A model generated the notes under the pieces. It worked only from the letters and a program-made list of their open reading frames with translations. It was not told the origin of the DNA and ran no database searches. Shown here piece after piece: positions 1 to 11,642 of a stretch of DNA of 64,000 bases (positions within the stretch are counted from its first letter, which is position 1; every line of letters starts with the position of its first letter). The DNA lies in the NCBI GenBank assembly GCA_030654395.1, contig JAURXM010000075.1, positions 12,274 through 76,273 of the forward strand, in the 5' to 3' direction. A program made the translations under genes and the position numbers. This DNA comes from Aquabacterium sp. Lineage in GTDB: Bacteria; Pseudomonadota; Gammaproteobacteria; Burkholderiales; Burkholderiaceae_C.

Positions 1-596
<596 letters not shown>

Positions 597-649
597 TCTC
601 GGCTTCGCTGTGCCGACCGCCGCAGCGGTCGGCAAGGTGATCAGCCCAG

Positions 650-682
650 GGCCCGAAGGTCATGCACCTTCGGGCCTTTTTT
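650..682 (+). terminator. intrinsic terminator after aceA
   Basis: GGCCCGAAGGT-catgc-ACCTTCGGGCC perfect 11-bp stem followed by T6. A second hairpin (TGCCGACCGC/GCGGTCGGCA) lies at 611-634. Confidence 0.85.
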
Positions 683-879
683 CCGCTCGGCTTGATGTCT
701 GTCAGCCGACCGACGCCGGGTGTCCGTTAACGTGTCTGGCTTGGCCTGCAGGCACTTGGATGGTGTCCGTCCGAACTCAAACATCCGCCACTTTGAATCT
801 GAACCCACGAACATCCGCGCAGCGCGGCGGCCTCACGGTGTGCACGCTGAAGCGCGGTATCACCCGGTCATGGCTGTGC

Positions 880-1677
880 ATGCTGATGGTGATCGCAGGG
901 CTGGGCCTGGTGCCGCATCCCGCTCACGCCCAGGCGAGCCTGCACATCGAAGACCTGACCTGGACCGAGGTGCGCGATGCGCTGAAGGCCGGCAAGACCA
1001 CGGTGATCATTCCGGTCGGCGGCATCGAGCAGAGTGGTCCGCACATGACACTGGGAAAGCACAACGTGCGCGTCAAGGTGCTGGCCGAGCGGATCGCACT
1101 CGCGCTGGGCAATGCGCTGGTCGCCCCGGTGATTGCCTATGTACCGGAAGGCCAGGTCTCCCCGCCGACGCAGCACATGCGCTTCGTCGGCACGGTGTCA
1201 ATCCCCGACGATGCCTTCAAGGCCGTCGTCGATGGCGCCGCACGCAGCTTCAAGCAGCATGGGTTTACCGACGTGGTGATGATTGGCGACCACGGCGGCT
1301 ACCAATCGCTGCTGGAATCGGTGGCCACCCGGCTGAACCACGACTGGGCCAAATCGACGATTCATGCGCACTTCATCGGCACTTACTACGATGCCGCACA
1401 GACGCCTTACAACCAGGCGCTGAGAGACCGCGGATTGACTGACGCTCAGATAGGCACCCACGCGGGTGCGGCCGACACATCGCTGATGCTGGCGACCGAT
1501 GCGACCCTGGTGCGCAGGGATCAGCTGAAGTCAACCCGAGATGCCGCTGCCGCGAAGGCACTTGGCGTCAGCGGCGACCCCGGCGCATCAACCGCAGCGC
1601 TGGGTCAAATCGGCGTCGACCTGATCGTTTCTCGCACCACGGCGGCCATCCGCCAGGCCGTCGCGCGATCGCGCTGA
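880..1677 (+). CDS. creatininase-family protein with signal peptide
   Basis: LTWTEV..IIPVGGIEQSGPH, HMRFVGT, GDHGGY, HAGAADTS; hydrophobic N-terminus ending AHAQA. Start uncertain (838 GTG or 880 ATG). Confidence 0.85.
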   Translation: MLMVIAGLGLVPHPAHAQASLHIEDLTWTEVRDALKAGKTTVIIPVGGIEQSGPHMTLGKHNVRVKVLAERIALALGNALVAPVIAYVPEGQVSPPTQHMRFVGTVSIPDDAFKAVVDGAARSFKQHGFTDVVMIGDHGGYQSLLESVATRLNHDWAKSTIHAHFIGTYYDAAQTPYNQALRDRGLTDAQIGTHAGAADTSLMLATDATLVRRDQLKSTRDAAAAKALGVSGDPGASTAALGQIGVDLIVSRTTAAIRQAVARSR

Positions 1678-1710
1678 ACCGGCTTACTCACCTTTCTTCA
1701 CCACCCACTG

Positions 1711-3027
1711 ATGCAACCCTCTCTGATCCGTTCTCCCTTCCTGTCTCGTCGCTTGCTGCCCGTGCTGTGTGGAATCGCTGCCCTGTGTGCCGTTGCGGGC
1801 ATCCGATCGCAGACCCCCTCGAAGTCACCCGTCGCATCGATCGGCGCGGCGCCGGTCACGGTGCCCGGAATGCCGCCCGTGATCGTTCGAAACAACCTCT
1901 ACAGCGAAACCGGTCCAGGTCACCTGAGTCCGGCAGTCGCCGGTGCGCTCGAGCGGGTCTACGTGCCGAACCGCGCAGCGAATACGGTGTCGGTGATCGA
2001 TCCGAAGACCCTGAAGGTTGTCGACACGTTCAAGGTCGGCACCCACCCACAGCATGTGGTGCCGTCGTGGGATCTGCGCACGCTCTGGGTCGCCAACAAC
2101 GCCGAGCGACGCACCGACGGCAGCCTGACTCCGATCGACCCGTTGACCGGCAAGCCCGGCACGTCGATTGCGGTGGATGACCCGTACAACATGTACTGGA
2201 CGCCCGATGGTCGTCACGCGATCGTCGTCGCCGAGGCCTACAAGCGACTCGATTTCCGCGATCCTCGCGACCTGGCGCTGCAGTATTCGATCGACACACC
2301 CGACTGTGGCGGCATCAACCACGCCGACTTCTCGATCGATGGTCGCTACGCCTTCTTCACCTGCGAGTTCAACGGCTCGATCACGAAGATCGACCTGGTC
2401 GACAAGCGCGTGCTCGGCACCTTGAAGCTGAGCCGCTACTACGCGCGCCCGGAAGTGCTGTCGTTGCTGGCGAAGCCCGGGAAGAAGCCCCGCAAGATTC
2501 CCGACCCGTCGCAGTTGGGTGGCGAGATCTGCACCACGCCCGGCATGCCGCAGGACGTGCGTGCGTCGCCCGACGGCACGCTGTTCTACGTCGCCGACAT
2601 GATGGCCGACGGCGTGCATGTGGTCGATGGCGCCAGCTTCAAGCAGGTCGGATTCATCCCCACCGGCGTCGGCGCCCATGGGCTGTACCCCAGCCGCGAC
2701 GGCAAGCTGCTGTACGTGGCCAATCGCGGCAGCAACAGCGTTCTGGGCAAGCGCCGCGGCGAGGGCAGCGTCTCGGTGATGGACTTCGCGACCCAGAAGG
2801 TGTTGAAGACCTGGCCGGTGCCGGGTGGCGGCAGCCCCGACATGGGCAACGTCAGCGCCGACGGCAAGCACCTGTGGCTGTCGGGCCGTTTCGACAACGT
2901 CGTCTACCGATTCGACACGGTGACCGGCGCAGTCGACACCATCAAGGTGGGCCAGGAGCCGCACGGCCTGACGGTGTGGCCGCAACCCGGCCGCTACTCG
3001 CTGGGCCACACCGGCAACCTGCGCTGA
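1711..3027 (+). CDS. YncE/YVTN-family beta-propeller protein, exported
   Basis: Repeats RVYVPN, LWVANN, FYVADM, LYVANR, with VSVID motifs; N-terminal hydrophobic segment. Confidence 0.85.
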   Translation: MQPSLIRSPFLSRRLLPVLCGIAALCAVAGIRSQTPSKSPVASIGAAPVTVPGMPPVIVRNNLYSETGPGHLSPAVAGALERVYVPNRAANTVSVIDPKTLKVVDTFKVGTHPQHVVPSWDLRTLWVANNAERRTDGSLTPIDPLTGKPGTSIAVDDPYNMYWTPDGRHAIVVAEAYKRLDFRDPRDLALQYSIDTPDCGGINHADFSIDGRYAFFTCEFNGSITKIDLVDKRVLGTLKLSRYYARPEVLSLLAKPGKKPRKIPDPSQLGGEICTTPGMPQDVRASPDGTLFYVADMMADGVHVVDGASFKQVGFIPTGVGAHGLYPSRDGKLLYVANRGSNSVLGKRRGEGSVSVMDFATQKVLKTWPVPGGGSPDMGNVSADGKHLWLSGRFDNVVYRFDTVTGAVDTIKVGQEPHGLTVWPQPGRYSLGHTGNLR

Positions 3028-3031
3028 CGGA

Positions 3032-3964
3032 TCAGGGCGTCGCAGCTTTCGCACTGCGGCGCGGCGCCACGGCGGGCTTGAGCAGACTGCGCACGCGGGT
3101 GCGCGGCGCGTCCGATACGACGGCCTGCTCGACCGGTTCCGTGTCGGCGTCGTCGCTGTAGCGCGGCGGCCAGCCCTTCAGCGCGGCCTGGCGCAGCAGC
3201 GAGACCGCACCGCTCGCGGTGTAGCTGCGCTCCATCACGTGCGTGATCAGGCCGCGCCCGACCCGCTCGCTGATCACCAGCGTCGAGCACCGGGTGCCGT
3301 ACTGCCGCTCAGGCGCGCGGATGAACGCCGCCGACAACTCACGTTCCAGTTCGAGCGGCACGCCGGTCGAGGGCAGGTTGGCGTCGTCGGCGATGCGGCG
3401 ATCGGTGAGCGCAGCGAACAGCGCGGTCGAGAGCGCATCGACCGAATCGGCCGATGACAGCGCCTCGCGCACGCGGGACTTCAACGCGTTGGTCTTGGGC
3501 CAGGCGGTGTCCAGAGCCGCGTTCGACACACCGTAGGTGCCGCGTTCCAGCCGCTTGGGATGGGCGTCGAGGTTGGATGCCCAGAAGCACTCGCCGCGCT
3601 TGAAATCGGCGGCGATCAGATTGAATCCGTTGTAGCCCAGCAGCGCGGTCCGCATCCAGAAGCGGTCGGTCGGCTCGCGTCCCGACAACCACTGCGGGAC
3701 GATCTGGCCCCGCGACGGCGCGGCCGGGTCGACGCGAGAGGGATTGCGCACATTGGTGACCATCGCCAGCCGACCCTGGGCGGTCAGGCCCAGCCAGGTG
3801 CCACCGGCTTCGAGGTCGCGGCCGGCCAGGACGGCCGGGCCGCCTGCATCCGGTGTCCACCAGCCCAGCCGCGCGGCCGGGCGTGCGAAGAACTCGTCCC
3901 GGTTGGCGGCTATCACCAACGGGAACCGCCTGCTCTGATCGATGGCCAGCGCGATCAGGCACAT
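3032..3964 (-). CDS. NRDE/TANGO2 family protein
   Basis: N-terminal MCLI..AANRDEF, GRDLEAGGTWLG, YGTRCST. Confidence 0.92.
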   Translation of the reverse strand: MCLIALAIDQSRRFPLVIAANRDEFFARPAARLGWWTPDAGGPAVLAGRDLEAGGTWLGLTAQGRLAMVTNVRNPSRVDPAAPSRGQIVPQWLSGREPTDRFWMRTALLGYNGFNLIAADFKRGECFWASNLDAHPKRLERGTYGVSNAALDTAWPKTNALKSRVREALSSADSVDALSTALFAALTDRRIADDANLPSTGVPLELERELSAAFIRAPERQYGTRCSTLVISERVGRGLITHVMERSYTASGAVSLLRQAALKGWPPRYSDDADTEPVEQAVVSDAPRTRVRSLLKPAVAPRRSAKAATP

Positions 3965-4263
3965 GCGGCAAACAACTCCACGTGGCGCGTCCCATCGAGC
4001 AGATCGCGCCATGCCGCAGCGCGCTGCTCGATGGTCGAGCTCAGGGCCTCGGTCACACCATCGACGCTGTCGGACGGCGCCATCGCATAGGTCTCCATCC
4101 ACGTTTCGCTGCCGCTGGATGCATCGATGCGCTTCAGCAGTCTGGCCCGCAAGCCCGGGAACTCGCTGCGCAGCTGTGCCTGCATGTCGATCACTGCCGC
4201 CTGCACCGCATCGGCCTGACGCACATCGAGCTGGAAGTAGACAAACAACTCGCGTGTCATCAA
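3955..4263 (-). CDS. DUF4936-family protein
   Basis: ELFVYF, TWMETY, RHVELF; usual position between ygfZ and NRDE. Confidence 0.75.
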   Translation of the reverse strand: MMTRELFVYFQLDVRQADAVQAAVIDMQAQLRSEFPGLRARLLKRIDASSGSETWMETYAMAPSDSVDGVTEALSSTIEQRAAAWRDLLDGTRHVELFAACA

Positions 4264-4270
4264 CTGTTCG

Positions 4271-5197
4271 TCAGAGGGGCTCGGCGCCCAACACCTCGTA
4301 GGGCAGCGGGCAGGGCTTCAACAATGCGCCGTCGATCGCGCCTAGATGCAGGCTGCCGCCTTCGAGTGCGGCGAGCTTGACTTCGATCAGCGCTCGATAC
4401 GACATGGAGTCGTCGGCTTGGGCCGCCCCGGCAACCAGGCCCGCAGGCTGCTCCGGATCGGCGCTGTGAAACACCTCCTGGCCGGCCGCAACGGGCGCGT
4501 CGCAGGCGAAGAGGAATGTCCTGCGCTTGGTGGTGCCGCGGTACTGCGAGCGTGCCACCACCTCTTGGCCGGGGTAGCAACCCTTCTGGAAATTCACCGC
4601 GCCGATCAACTCGAAATTCAGCATCTGTGGCACGAATTGATCGACAGTCGCGGCCTCGATCATCACGATCCCGCTGTCGATTTCGAGCTGCCGCCAGGCC
4701 ATCAATGCCGCCGGGTCGACGGCTGCGGCTGGTCCAACCGAAGTGACTCGCCAGGCCCGCGCAACGCCATCGACTTCAGGCAGCCGGATCCAGCAGCCTT
4801 CGGCGTCGTCGCGTTTGCCCCAGACCGGCAACCCCTCGGTCTCGTTGCTCGCCAAGTCACCGGTGACACCCAGCACGGCGACCTCGGCGGTCGCGTCGTC
4901 GAGCTTGCATTGCGCACGCATCACGAACATGGACAAGCGCTTCAGAGTCGACTCCAGCACGCTCCCATGACAGGCCAGCAGGACCTCGTCGTCGGCCGGC
5001 TTCCACAACAAGAAGCTCGCCAGCAGTCGCCCCTTGGCCGAACAGTACCCGGCCAGCCGCGCCTGGGACCGTCCAAGCTGCAACACGTCCTGGGTCAACT
5101 GGCCATGCAGGAACTTGGCCGCATCGGCACCGCGGGCGCGTATCACGCCCCAGTGGGTCAGTGGCACGGCGAGGGATCGGTTCAGCGGCTGGTTCAT
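4271..5197 (-). CDS. ygfZ: folate-binding Fe-S cluster repair protein YgfZ
   Basis: Signature KGCYPGQEVVAR; GADAAKFLHGQLT. Confidence 0.93.
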   Translation of the reverse strand: MNQPLNRSLAVPLTHWGVIRARGADAAKFLHGQLTQDVLQLGRSQARLAGYCSAKGRLLASFLLWKPADDEVLLACHGSVLESTLKRLSMFVMRAQCKLDDATAEVAVLGVTGDLASNETEGLPVWGKRDDAEGCWIRLPEVDGVARAWRVTSVGPAAAVDPAALMAWRQLEIDSGIVMIEAATVDQFVPQMLNFELIGAVNFQKGCYPGQEVVARSQYRGTTKRRTFLFACDAPVAAGQEVFHSADPEQPAGLVAGAAQADDSMSYRALIEVKLAALEGGSLHLGAIDGALLKPCPLPYEVLGAEPL

Positions 5198-5292
5198 GTG
5201 CCGATTATGATTTGTAGGATGTTTCCCGGTCGCTCTCGGTGTCATCCAAGCGTTGGTTCCAACCGCGTCATTCGACCGCTCCGGGCCATCGA

Positions 5293-6288
5293 TTGAAACG
5301 CAGGATCGTCGGGTTGCTGGTGGCTTTGTGCTTGCTCGTGATGGCATCTGCCGCATCGTTGTATTTGTGGTTGCACCGACCGCTGGTGCTGGGCAGCGAC
5401 ACCGTCGAGGTATCGATCGACCCAGGAACCTCTCCACGCAGCATCGCCGACGCCTGGGTACGCGCCGGCGTGCAGACTCCTCCGTGGTTGTTGTACGAGT
5501 GGTTTCGGTGGTCCGGCGAGGCACGCCGAATCCGTGCCGGCAGCTACGAAATCAATCGCAACACGACGCCGATCAGCTTGCTCGGCATGATGGTGCGTGG
5601 CGACGAGACGATGGCGGTGGTGCGGTTGAACGAGGGCTGGACGCTGAGACAGTTCCGCGCCGAACTGGCCCGCGCAGAGGCCCTGAAGCCGACCACCGCA
5701 TCGATGACCGAGGCCGAACTGATGGCCGCTTTGGGCGATCCGTCCACGCCGGCGGAAGGGCGCTTCTACCCCGACACCTACTCGTACAGCAAGGGCAGCA
5801 CCGACCTTTCCGTGCTGCGCCGTGCGCATCACGCGATGCGTCAGCGTCTGGAGGCCGCATGGGCCGAGCGCTCGGCCGACACACCGTTGCGCACGCCCGA
5901 TGAAGCGCTGGCGCTGGCGTCCATCGTCGAGAAGGAAACCGGACAGGCGGGCGATCGCGGCAAGGTGGCTGCTGTGTTTGTCAACCGCCTTCGCATCGGC
6001 ATGCCACTGCAGACCGACCCGACGGTGATCTACGGGCTCGGCACGACATTCGACGGGAACCTGCGCAAGCGCGACCTGCAGACCGACACGCCGTACAACA
6101 CCTACGTCCGCACGGGCCTGCCGCCAACGCCGATCTCGATGCCGAGCCGCGCTTCACTGCTGGCGGCGCTGCATCCCGAAGCGATCCACGCGCTGTATTT
6201 CGTGGCGCGCGGCGACGGCTCGAGCGAGTTCAGCGACGACCTCGCCGCCCATAATCGAGCCGTCAACAAGTACCAGCGTGGACGTTGA
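5293..6288 (+). CDS. mltG: endolytic transglycosylase MltG
   Basis: [39 protein letters not shown]; start approximate. Confidence 0.95.
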   Translation: MKRRIVGLLVALCLLVMASAASLYLWLHRPLVLGSDTVEVSIDPGTSPRSIADAWVRAGVQTPPWLLYEWFRWSGEARRIRAGSYEINRNTTPISLLGMMVRGDETMAVVRLNEGWTLRQFRAELARAEALKPTTASMTEAELMAALGDPSTPAEGRFYPDTYSYSKGSTDLSVLRRAHHAMRQRLEAAWAERSADTPLRTPDEALALASIVEKETGQAGDRGKVAAVFVNRLRIGMPLQTDPTVIYGLGTTFDGNLRKRDLQTDTPYNTYVRTGLPPTPISMPSRASLLAALHPEAIHALYFVARGDGSSEFSDDLAAHNRAVNKYQRGR

Positions 6289-6347
6289 CGCCGGCCAGTG
6301 CGTCGGCCAGTTTCCACGCAAGACGACGCAGGAAAGAAGAGGGCGAA

Positions 6348-6959
6348 ATGCGAGGGCGATTCATCACATTCGAAGGCATCGACGGCGCCGGCAAGAGCAC
6401 CCACATCGAGCCGGTGGCCGAGCAACTGCGCGCTTCGGGACACACCGTCGTGGTGACTCGAGAACCGGGTGGCACACCGCTCGCCGAGCGCCTGCGCGAG
6501 TTGCTCTTGAATGCCCCGATGGATGCGTTGACCGAAGCCCTGCTGGTGTTTGCCGCCCGACGTGACCACGTGCAGCAGGTGATCGCACCGGCACTGGCGC
6601 GCGGCGACACGGTGCTGTGCGATCGCTTCACCGATGCGACCTTTGCCTATCAGGGCGCCGGCCGGGGCTTCGACAGTGCGGTGCTGAAAACACTCGAATC
6701 GTGGGTCCACGCCGAGTTGCAACCGGATCTCACGTTCTGGTTCGACGTCAGCGCCGAGCAGGCGGCGGAGCGCCTCGCGGCCGCCCGCACCCCAGACCGT
6801 TTCGAACAGCAGGATGCCACTTTCTTCAGCCGCGTGAGCGACGGCTATCGAGTGCGCGCCGAGACCTATTCGCAGCGCTTCGTTCGCATCGATTCTTCGG
6901 TTGACCGCGATGCGGTGAGCCGCCAGGTGATGACCGCTCTGGCGGGGCGGTGCTGGTGA
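6348..6959 (+). CDS. tmk: thymidylate kinase
   Basis: [33 protein letters not shown]. Confidence 0.96.
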   Translation: MRGRFITFEGIDGAGKSTHIEPVAEQLRASGHTVVVTREPGGTPLAERLRELLLNAPMDALTEALLVFAARRDHVQQVIAPALARGDTVLCDRFTDATFAYQGAGRGFDSAVLKTLESWVHAELQPDLTFWFDVSAEQAAERLAAARTPDRFEQQDATFFSRVSDGYRVRAETYSQRFVRIDSSVDRDAVSRQVMTALAGRCW

Positions 6960-8020
6960 TCGACGCGCCTCAAACGACAGCGCCTGTGCCGCTGCCCTGG
7001 CTGGCCGATCCCTTGCGTGCGGCGCTGGAGACGCAACGCGCGCATGCGTTGCTGATCCACGGGCCGCAGGGCGTGGGGCAGTTCGAGATGGCGTTGACGC
7101 TGGCACAGGCCTGGTTGTGCGAAAGCCCGCCGAGCCAGAGCACGCGCCCTTGTGGACACTGCGCCAGTTGCCGTCTCGTGCAGGCTCGTTCGCACCCCGA
7201 CCTGATGGTGCTGGTGCCGGAGGCGCTGCGCGAGGCGCTGGGTTGGAGCACCGATGATGCGGGTGAGGAGGGCGGATCGAGCAAAGGTGAGACATCCGGC
7301 AAACGCAAGCCCAGCAAGGACATCCGCGTCGACGAGGTTAGACGCATCGTCTCCTTTGCGCAGACGACGGCGGCGCGGGCCCACGGCAAGGTGGTGGTGG
7401 TTTTCCCGGCGGAGCGAATGAACGGCATTTCCGCCAACGCACTGTTGAAGACGCTCGAAGAGCCGCCTGGCAACCTGCGTTTCGTACTGGCAGGCGCGTC
7501 AGCAGATGCGCTGCTGCCGACCATACGCAGCCGTTGCCAGGCGGTGCGGCTCGATCTACCCGAACCGACGGTGGCTGCTGCCTGGCTGCAAGCGCAGGGC
7601 GTCATGCAGCCCGAGGTCTTGCTGGCGGCCGCAGGCGGACAGCCGGAAGAAGCGTTGAGCTGGTTTCGCGAAGGTCTCGATGCGCGCGCCTGGCTGGCCC
7701 TGCCCGAGCAGTTGGCCCGGGGAGATGCTGCGGGTCTGACGGCCTGGCCCCTGTCGCGCGTGATCGACATGCTGTTCAAGGTCTGCCACGACGCGATGCG
7801 CGCAGCCGTGGGGGCCGCACCTCGCTATTTCCCTTTCGGCTTGATCAACGGGCGAGCTTCGATCGAGGAGCTGACCCGCTGGTACCGCGAGATCGGCCGA
7901 GTCGCTCGGCATGCCGAACACCCTTGGCAGGCCGCGCTGACCATCGAACTGCTGGTCACGCAGGCCCATACGGCGCTCACCGTGCCGAAGTCCACGACAG
8001 CAGTCCTCCGCGTTCGATAA
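6950..8020 (+). CDS. holB: DNA polymerase III delta' subunit
   Basis: [31 protein letters not shown]; follows tmk. Confidence 0.95.
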   Translation: MLVIDAPQTTAPVPLPWLADPLRAALETQRAHALLIHGPQGVGQFEMALTLAQAWLCESPPSQSTRPCGHCASCRLVQARSHPDLMVLVPEALREALGWSTDDAGEEGGSSKGETSGKRKPSKDIRVDEVRRIVSFAQTTAARAHGKVVVVFPAERMNGISANALLKTLEEPPGNLRFVLAGASADALLPTIRSRCQAVRLDLPEPTVAAAWLQAQGVMQPEVLLAAAGGQPEEALSWFREGLDARAWLALPEQLARGDAAGLTAWPLSRVIDMLFKVCHDAMRAAVGAAPRYFPFGLINGRASIEELTRWYREIGRVARHAEHPWQAALTIELLVTQAHTALTVPKSTTAVLRVR

Positions 8021-8029
8021 ACTGAAGCC

Positions 8030-8425
8030 ATGTCCGATCCCGTTCCGCGCCCGCCTGCCACTGCCGCCATCCCTGCGCTGGCGGGCAGCCGTCCCAGCGT
8101 GATCCAGCTGGTGTTCCGCGAGAAGGGAGCGCTCTACGCCGCCTACATCCCGGTGCTCACCGACGGCGGCCTGTTCGTGCCAACCACCCGCGAGTACCGA
8201 CTCGGCGAGGACATCTACCTGCTCTTGTCGTTGCCTGAAGACAATCAGCGCTATCCGGTCGCAGGGAAGGTCGCCTGGATCACCCCGCCCAATGCGTCGG
8301 GCGGACGCACCCAGGGTGTTGGCGTGCGCTTTCCCTCAGATGAAAAGACCCGCGTGCTCCGCACCCGGATCGAGGAATTGCTGGGCACCGCGATCTCATC
8401 GCCCAAGCCCACCCAGACGATCTGA
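8030..8425 (+). CDS. pilZ: type IV pilus assembly PilZ protein
   Basis: LYAAYIP..GGLFVPT, GKVAWITP, QGVGVRF; holB-pilZ-tatD order. Confidence 0.93.
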   Translation: MSDPVPRPPATAAIPALAGSRPSVIQLVFREKGALYAAYIPVLTDGGLFVPTTREYRLGEDIYLLLSLPEDNQRYPVAGKVAWITPPNASGGRTQGVGVRFPSDEKTRVLRTRIEELLGTAISSPKPTQTI

Positions 8426-8454
8426 GTCCGGCAGCGGCTGCGCTGCTGCAAACG

Positions 8455-9255
8455 ATGTACGTCGATTCCCATTGCCATCTCAGTTCCCCGGACCTGCTGT
8501 CCCGGCTGCCGGACATCCGCGCCGAAATGCAGGCCGCCCAGGTGGATCGGGCCCTGTGCATCTGTACGACGCTGGAAGAGTTCGACGAAGTCCATGCGCT
8601 GGCGCTGGCATACGACAACTTCTGGGCGAGCGCAGGCGTGCATCCGGACAATGAGGGCGTGCGCGAGCCTTCCGTCGACGACCTGGTCGCGCTTACCGCC
8701 CGTCCGCGCGTGGTGGCATTGGGGGAAACCGGGCTCGACTACTTCCGGCTGAATGGACGTTCGGTCGCCGAGATGGAGTGGCAGCGGGAGCGGTTCCGCG
8801 TTCACATCCAGGCCGCGCACCGCACCGGGCTGCCGCTGATCATCCACACCCGCAGCGCATCGCAGGACACCCTGGACGTGCTGACCACCGAAGGCGAGCA
8901 CCGGGTCGGCGGGGTGTTTCACTGCTTCACCGAAACGATGGCTGTGGCCCGTGCGGCACTGGACCTCGGCTTCTACATCTCGTTCTCGGGAATCATCACC
9001 TTCAAGAATGCCGAGGACCTTCGCTCGGTGGCGCGCTTTGTCCCGCTCGACCGCTGCCTGATCGAGACCGACAGCCCGTACCTCGCTCCGGCGCCTTTCC
9101 GCGGCAAGACCAACACGCCCGCCTTGGTGCCGTGGGTGGCCAAACAAATGGCGGAACTGAAGGGGGTGGCCGTCGAGGAAATTGCCCACGCCACCAGCGC
9201 CAATTTCGAGCGGCTTTTCAGGATCAGCGCCGACGAGCCCGATGAAAAAACGTAG
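8455..9255 (+). CDS. TatD family hydrolase
   Basis: DSHCH, GVHP, GETGLDY, HCFT, ETDSPYLAP. Confidence 0.95.
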   Translation: MYVDSHCHLSSPDLLSRLPDIRAEMQAAQVDRALCICTTLEEFDEVHALALAYDNFWASAGVHPDNEGVREPSVDDLVALTARPRVVALGETGLDYFRLNGRSVAEMEWQRERFRVHIQAAHRTGLPLIIHTRSASQDTLDVLTTEGEHRVGGVFHCFTETMAVARAALDLGFYISFSGIITFKNAEDLRSVARFVPLDRCLIETDSPYLAPAPFRGKTNTPALVPWVAKQMAELKGVAVEEIAHATSANFERLFRISADEPDEKT

Positions 9256-9901
9256 AAATTACTTTCAATTATTCTTTTATCTAATTGTTTTAATTGGATT
9301 TCAGTCGGTTCACGCAGGATCGTACGAGGATTTTTTCACCGCCATCAAGCGAGACCATCGCAACACCGTCGACGACTTGCTGAAACGAGGTTTCGATCCG
9401 AACACGCTTGATGAGCAGGGCCAGCCGGGTGTCATCCTGGCGCTCCGCCTTGAATCATTCGCGGTCGCTGATGCGCTGATTGCCAGCCAGGCCCTGAATC
9501 TGGAAGCGACCAATCCGGCGGGCGAAACGGCCTTGATGCTGGCCAGCCTGCGCGCGCAGCCGAAACTGGTCGAGCGTCTGTTGAAGCGAGGTGCCGCCGT
9601 CAATCGGCCCGGATGGTCGGCGCTGCACTACGCGGCCACGGCACCTGACGAGGAAGCGTTGCGCCTCCTCCTCGATCGTGGGGCAGCCGTCAATGCGCGC
9701 TCTCCCAACGGCACCACGCCGCTGATGATGGCGGCTCAGTACGGCACCTCCGACAGCGTGGAGCGGCTCATCGCCCGGGGAGCGGACGTCAATTTGCGCA
9801 GCGATCTCGAACTCACTGCTGCCGACTTCGCCCGCCGCGTCGGGCGCGACCGGACTGCCACGGCGCTCACGCTGCGCATGCGGAAAACCGCGCCTCGGTG
9901 A
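9242..9901 (+). CDS. ankyrin-repeat protein with signal peptide
   Basis: GETALMLA, GWSALHYAA, GTTPLMMAA repeats. Confidence 0.9.
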   Translation: MKKRRNYFQLFFYLIVLIGFQSVHAGSYEDFFTAIKRDHRNTVDDLLKRGFDPNTLDEQGQPGVILALRLESFAVADALIASQALNLEATNPAGETALMLASLRAQPKLVERLLKRGAAVNRPGWSALHYAATAPDEEALRLLLDRGAAVNARSPNGTTPLMMAAQYGTSDSVERLIARGADVNLRSDLELTAADFARRVGRDRTATALTLRMRKTAPR

Positions 9902-10027
9902 GGGGAGGGCGTTTCGTTGCCTGACAACCGTGTCAGCGGACTTCTGACGCTTCAAATGGTTACAAGACGACTGGCAGCCCAAGCGGGCGATCCTAGAGTT
10001 GCCTTATCAACTTGACGGAGATATTCG

Positions 10028-10231
10028 ATGCAACCCAGCCAATCAATCGCCAATCCTTTCTCCATGATGATCAACCCCGAGGCCGTCCTGAAGGCCCTGG
10101 AGCGGTCCGACGCGCTGGCCGGTCTCCAGGCTCAGGTCTTCAGACCCCTCGACAAGCCGCTGCTCGGCAGCAAGATGCCCGACGACGTGGTGGCTTACGA
10201 TCGTCGAATCGATCAGGGTCGCAGCAACTGA
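10028..10231 (+). CDS. small hypothetical protein (67 aa)
   Basis: GGAGA RBS ahead of ATG and GC3-rich codons; no recognised domain. Confidence 0.6.
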   Translation: MQPSQSIANPFSMMINPEAVLKALERSDALAGLQAQVFRPLDKPLLGSKMPDDVVAYDRRIDQGRSN

Positions 10232-10515
10232 GGCAGCCTGCAGAGCCTCTCCAAGGCCGTCTACGGAGACCACCGGAGTGGTGCCTCGTGGCCTCGGCGG
10301 CAACGAAGACCTCCAGCTCAGTCAGATTCTGAGCATCCCAGCCGCTTGACCGGGACCAGCAACAACGCCACCACCTTCAAGAGTCCGACGACGCACGCGG
10401 CATCGTCGGCGACACCACGCCCCCCACCCTGCCTATGGCGCGGCTGTTGGCGGTTCTGGCCTCCAGCCGTGACTCTGTCGTGGCATGGAGCGAGGGGTCA
10501 GTGATCCACGCCGGA

Positions 10516-11529
10516 TCAGAACGGCGCGTCGTCCTTGGGTTTCAGGTCGGCCTTGCGGATGCGCACTGCGGTCGGCTTTTTCGGTGCGGCGGGTGCGGGT
10601 TCGCTGACCGCGTTGGCCAGCCCCAGCGATGCCGACAGTGCCTGCTCGGGCGTCACATCGGCCTCGGCTTCGGTGCGAGTCGCCGCAGCGGTGGCTGAGG
10701 CAGTCGATCCCGTTTCGGCCTTGATCACGCGGGTGTACGGCGCCAGCGTCTGGACCAGTTGGCCGTAGATCTTCGGGTTGCCAGCCACGACCTCGCGCTG
10801 GTAAAGGTAGTCGGATTCGCCGGTGAAGTTGCCGATCAGGCCACCGGCCTCGGTGATTAGCAGCGAGCCGGCGGCGATGTCCCAGGGGCTCAGGCCGGTC
10901 TCGAAGAATCCGTCGTAGTAGCCCGCTGCCACATAGCACAGGTCGAGCGCTGCGGCGCCCGGGCGCCGCAGCCCGGCGCAGTTCTGCATCACCGCTTCGA
11001 ACATCTGCACATAGCGCTTGAAGTTGTCGCCCTTGCGGAACGGAAAGCCGGTGCCGATCAGCGATTCGGACATGCGGATGCGCTTGGACACGCGCAGGCG
11101 CTTGTCGTTGAGGAAGGCACCGCGGCCCTTCGACGCGTAGAACAAGTCGTTGCGCGACGGGTCGTAGACCACCGCCTGTTGCACCTGGCCCTTGTAGGCG
11201 AGCGCGATCGACACCGCATAGACCGGAAAGCCGTGGATGAAATTGGTGGTGCCGTCGAGTGGGTCGATGATCCAGACGTAGTCGCTGTCCTTCGCACCGT
11301 GCTCGCTGCCCGATTCCTCGGCCAGGATGCCGTGGCCCGGGTACGCGGCGAGCAGCACCTCGATGATCGCGCGCTCGGCGGCCTGGTCGACCTCGGTCAC
11401 GAAGTCGTTCGGGGCCTTGCTGCTGATTCGCAGCAGGTCGACGTCCATCGATGCCCGATTGATCAACGCCCCGGCCGTTCGTGCCGCCTTGATGGCGATG
11501 TTGAGCATCGGATGGAGCGCTTGCGACAT
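10516..11529 (-). CDS. suhB: inositol monophosphatase / Nus factor SuhB
   Basis: [36 protein letters not shown]; divergent from trmJ. Confidence 0.95.
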   Translation of the reverse strand: MSQALHPMLNIAIKAARTAGALINRASMDVDLLRISSKAPNDFVTEVDQAAERAIIEVLLAAYPGHGILAEESGSEHGAKDSDYVWIIDPLDGTTNFIHGFPVYAVSIALAYKGQVQQAVVYDPSRNDLFYASKGRGAFLNDKRLRVSKRIRMSESLIGTGFPFRKGDNFKRYVQMFEAVMQNCAGLRRPGAAALDLCYVAAGYYDGFFETGLSPWDIAAGSLLITEAGGLIGNFTGESDYLYQREVVAGNPKIYGQLVQTLAPYTRVIKAETGSTASATAAATRTEAEADVTPEQALSASLGLANAVSEPAPAAPKKPTAVRIRKADLKPKDDAPF

Positions 11530-11642
11530 GGTGCAACCCTGTGGTGTGGTGGGGACTGGCAGGAAGAAAGAGCAGATCGGGATCGGCGACTCGAATCCGA
11601 GCTGCACTGACTTCCGATAATCGAGATTTTAGCGGTCACCCC

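Noticed and set aside
9240-9310. AT-rich patch at the tatD/ankyrin junction
   Set aside because: Corresponds to the Phe/Ile/Lys-rich signal peptide of the ankyrin protein, not foreign DNA.
10516-10720. Ala/Pro-rich C-terminal extension of SuhB
   Set aside because: Low-complexity tails on SuhB are common in Burkholderiales; no distinct domain.
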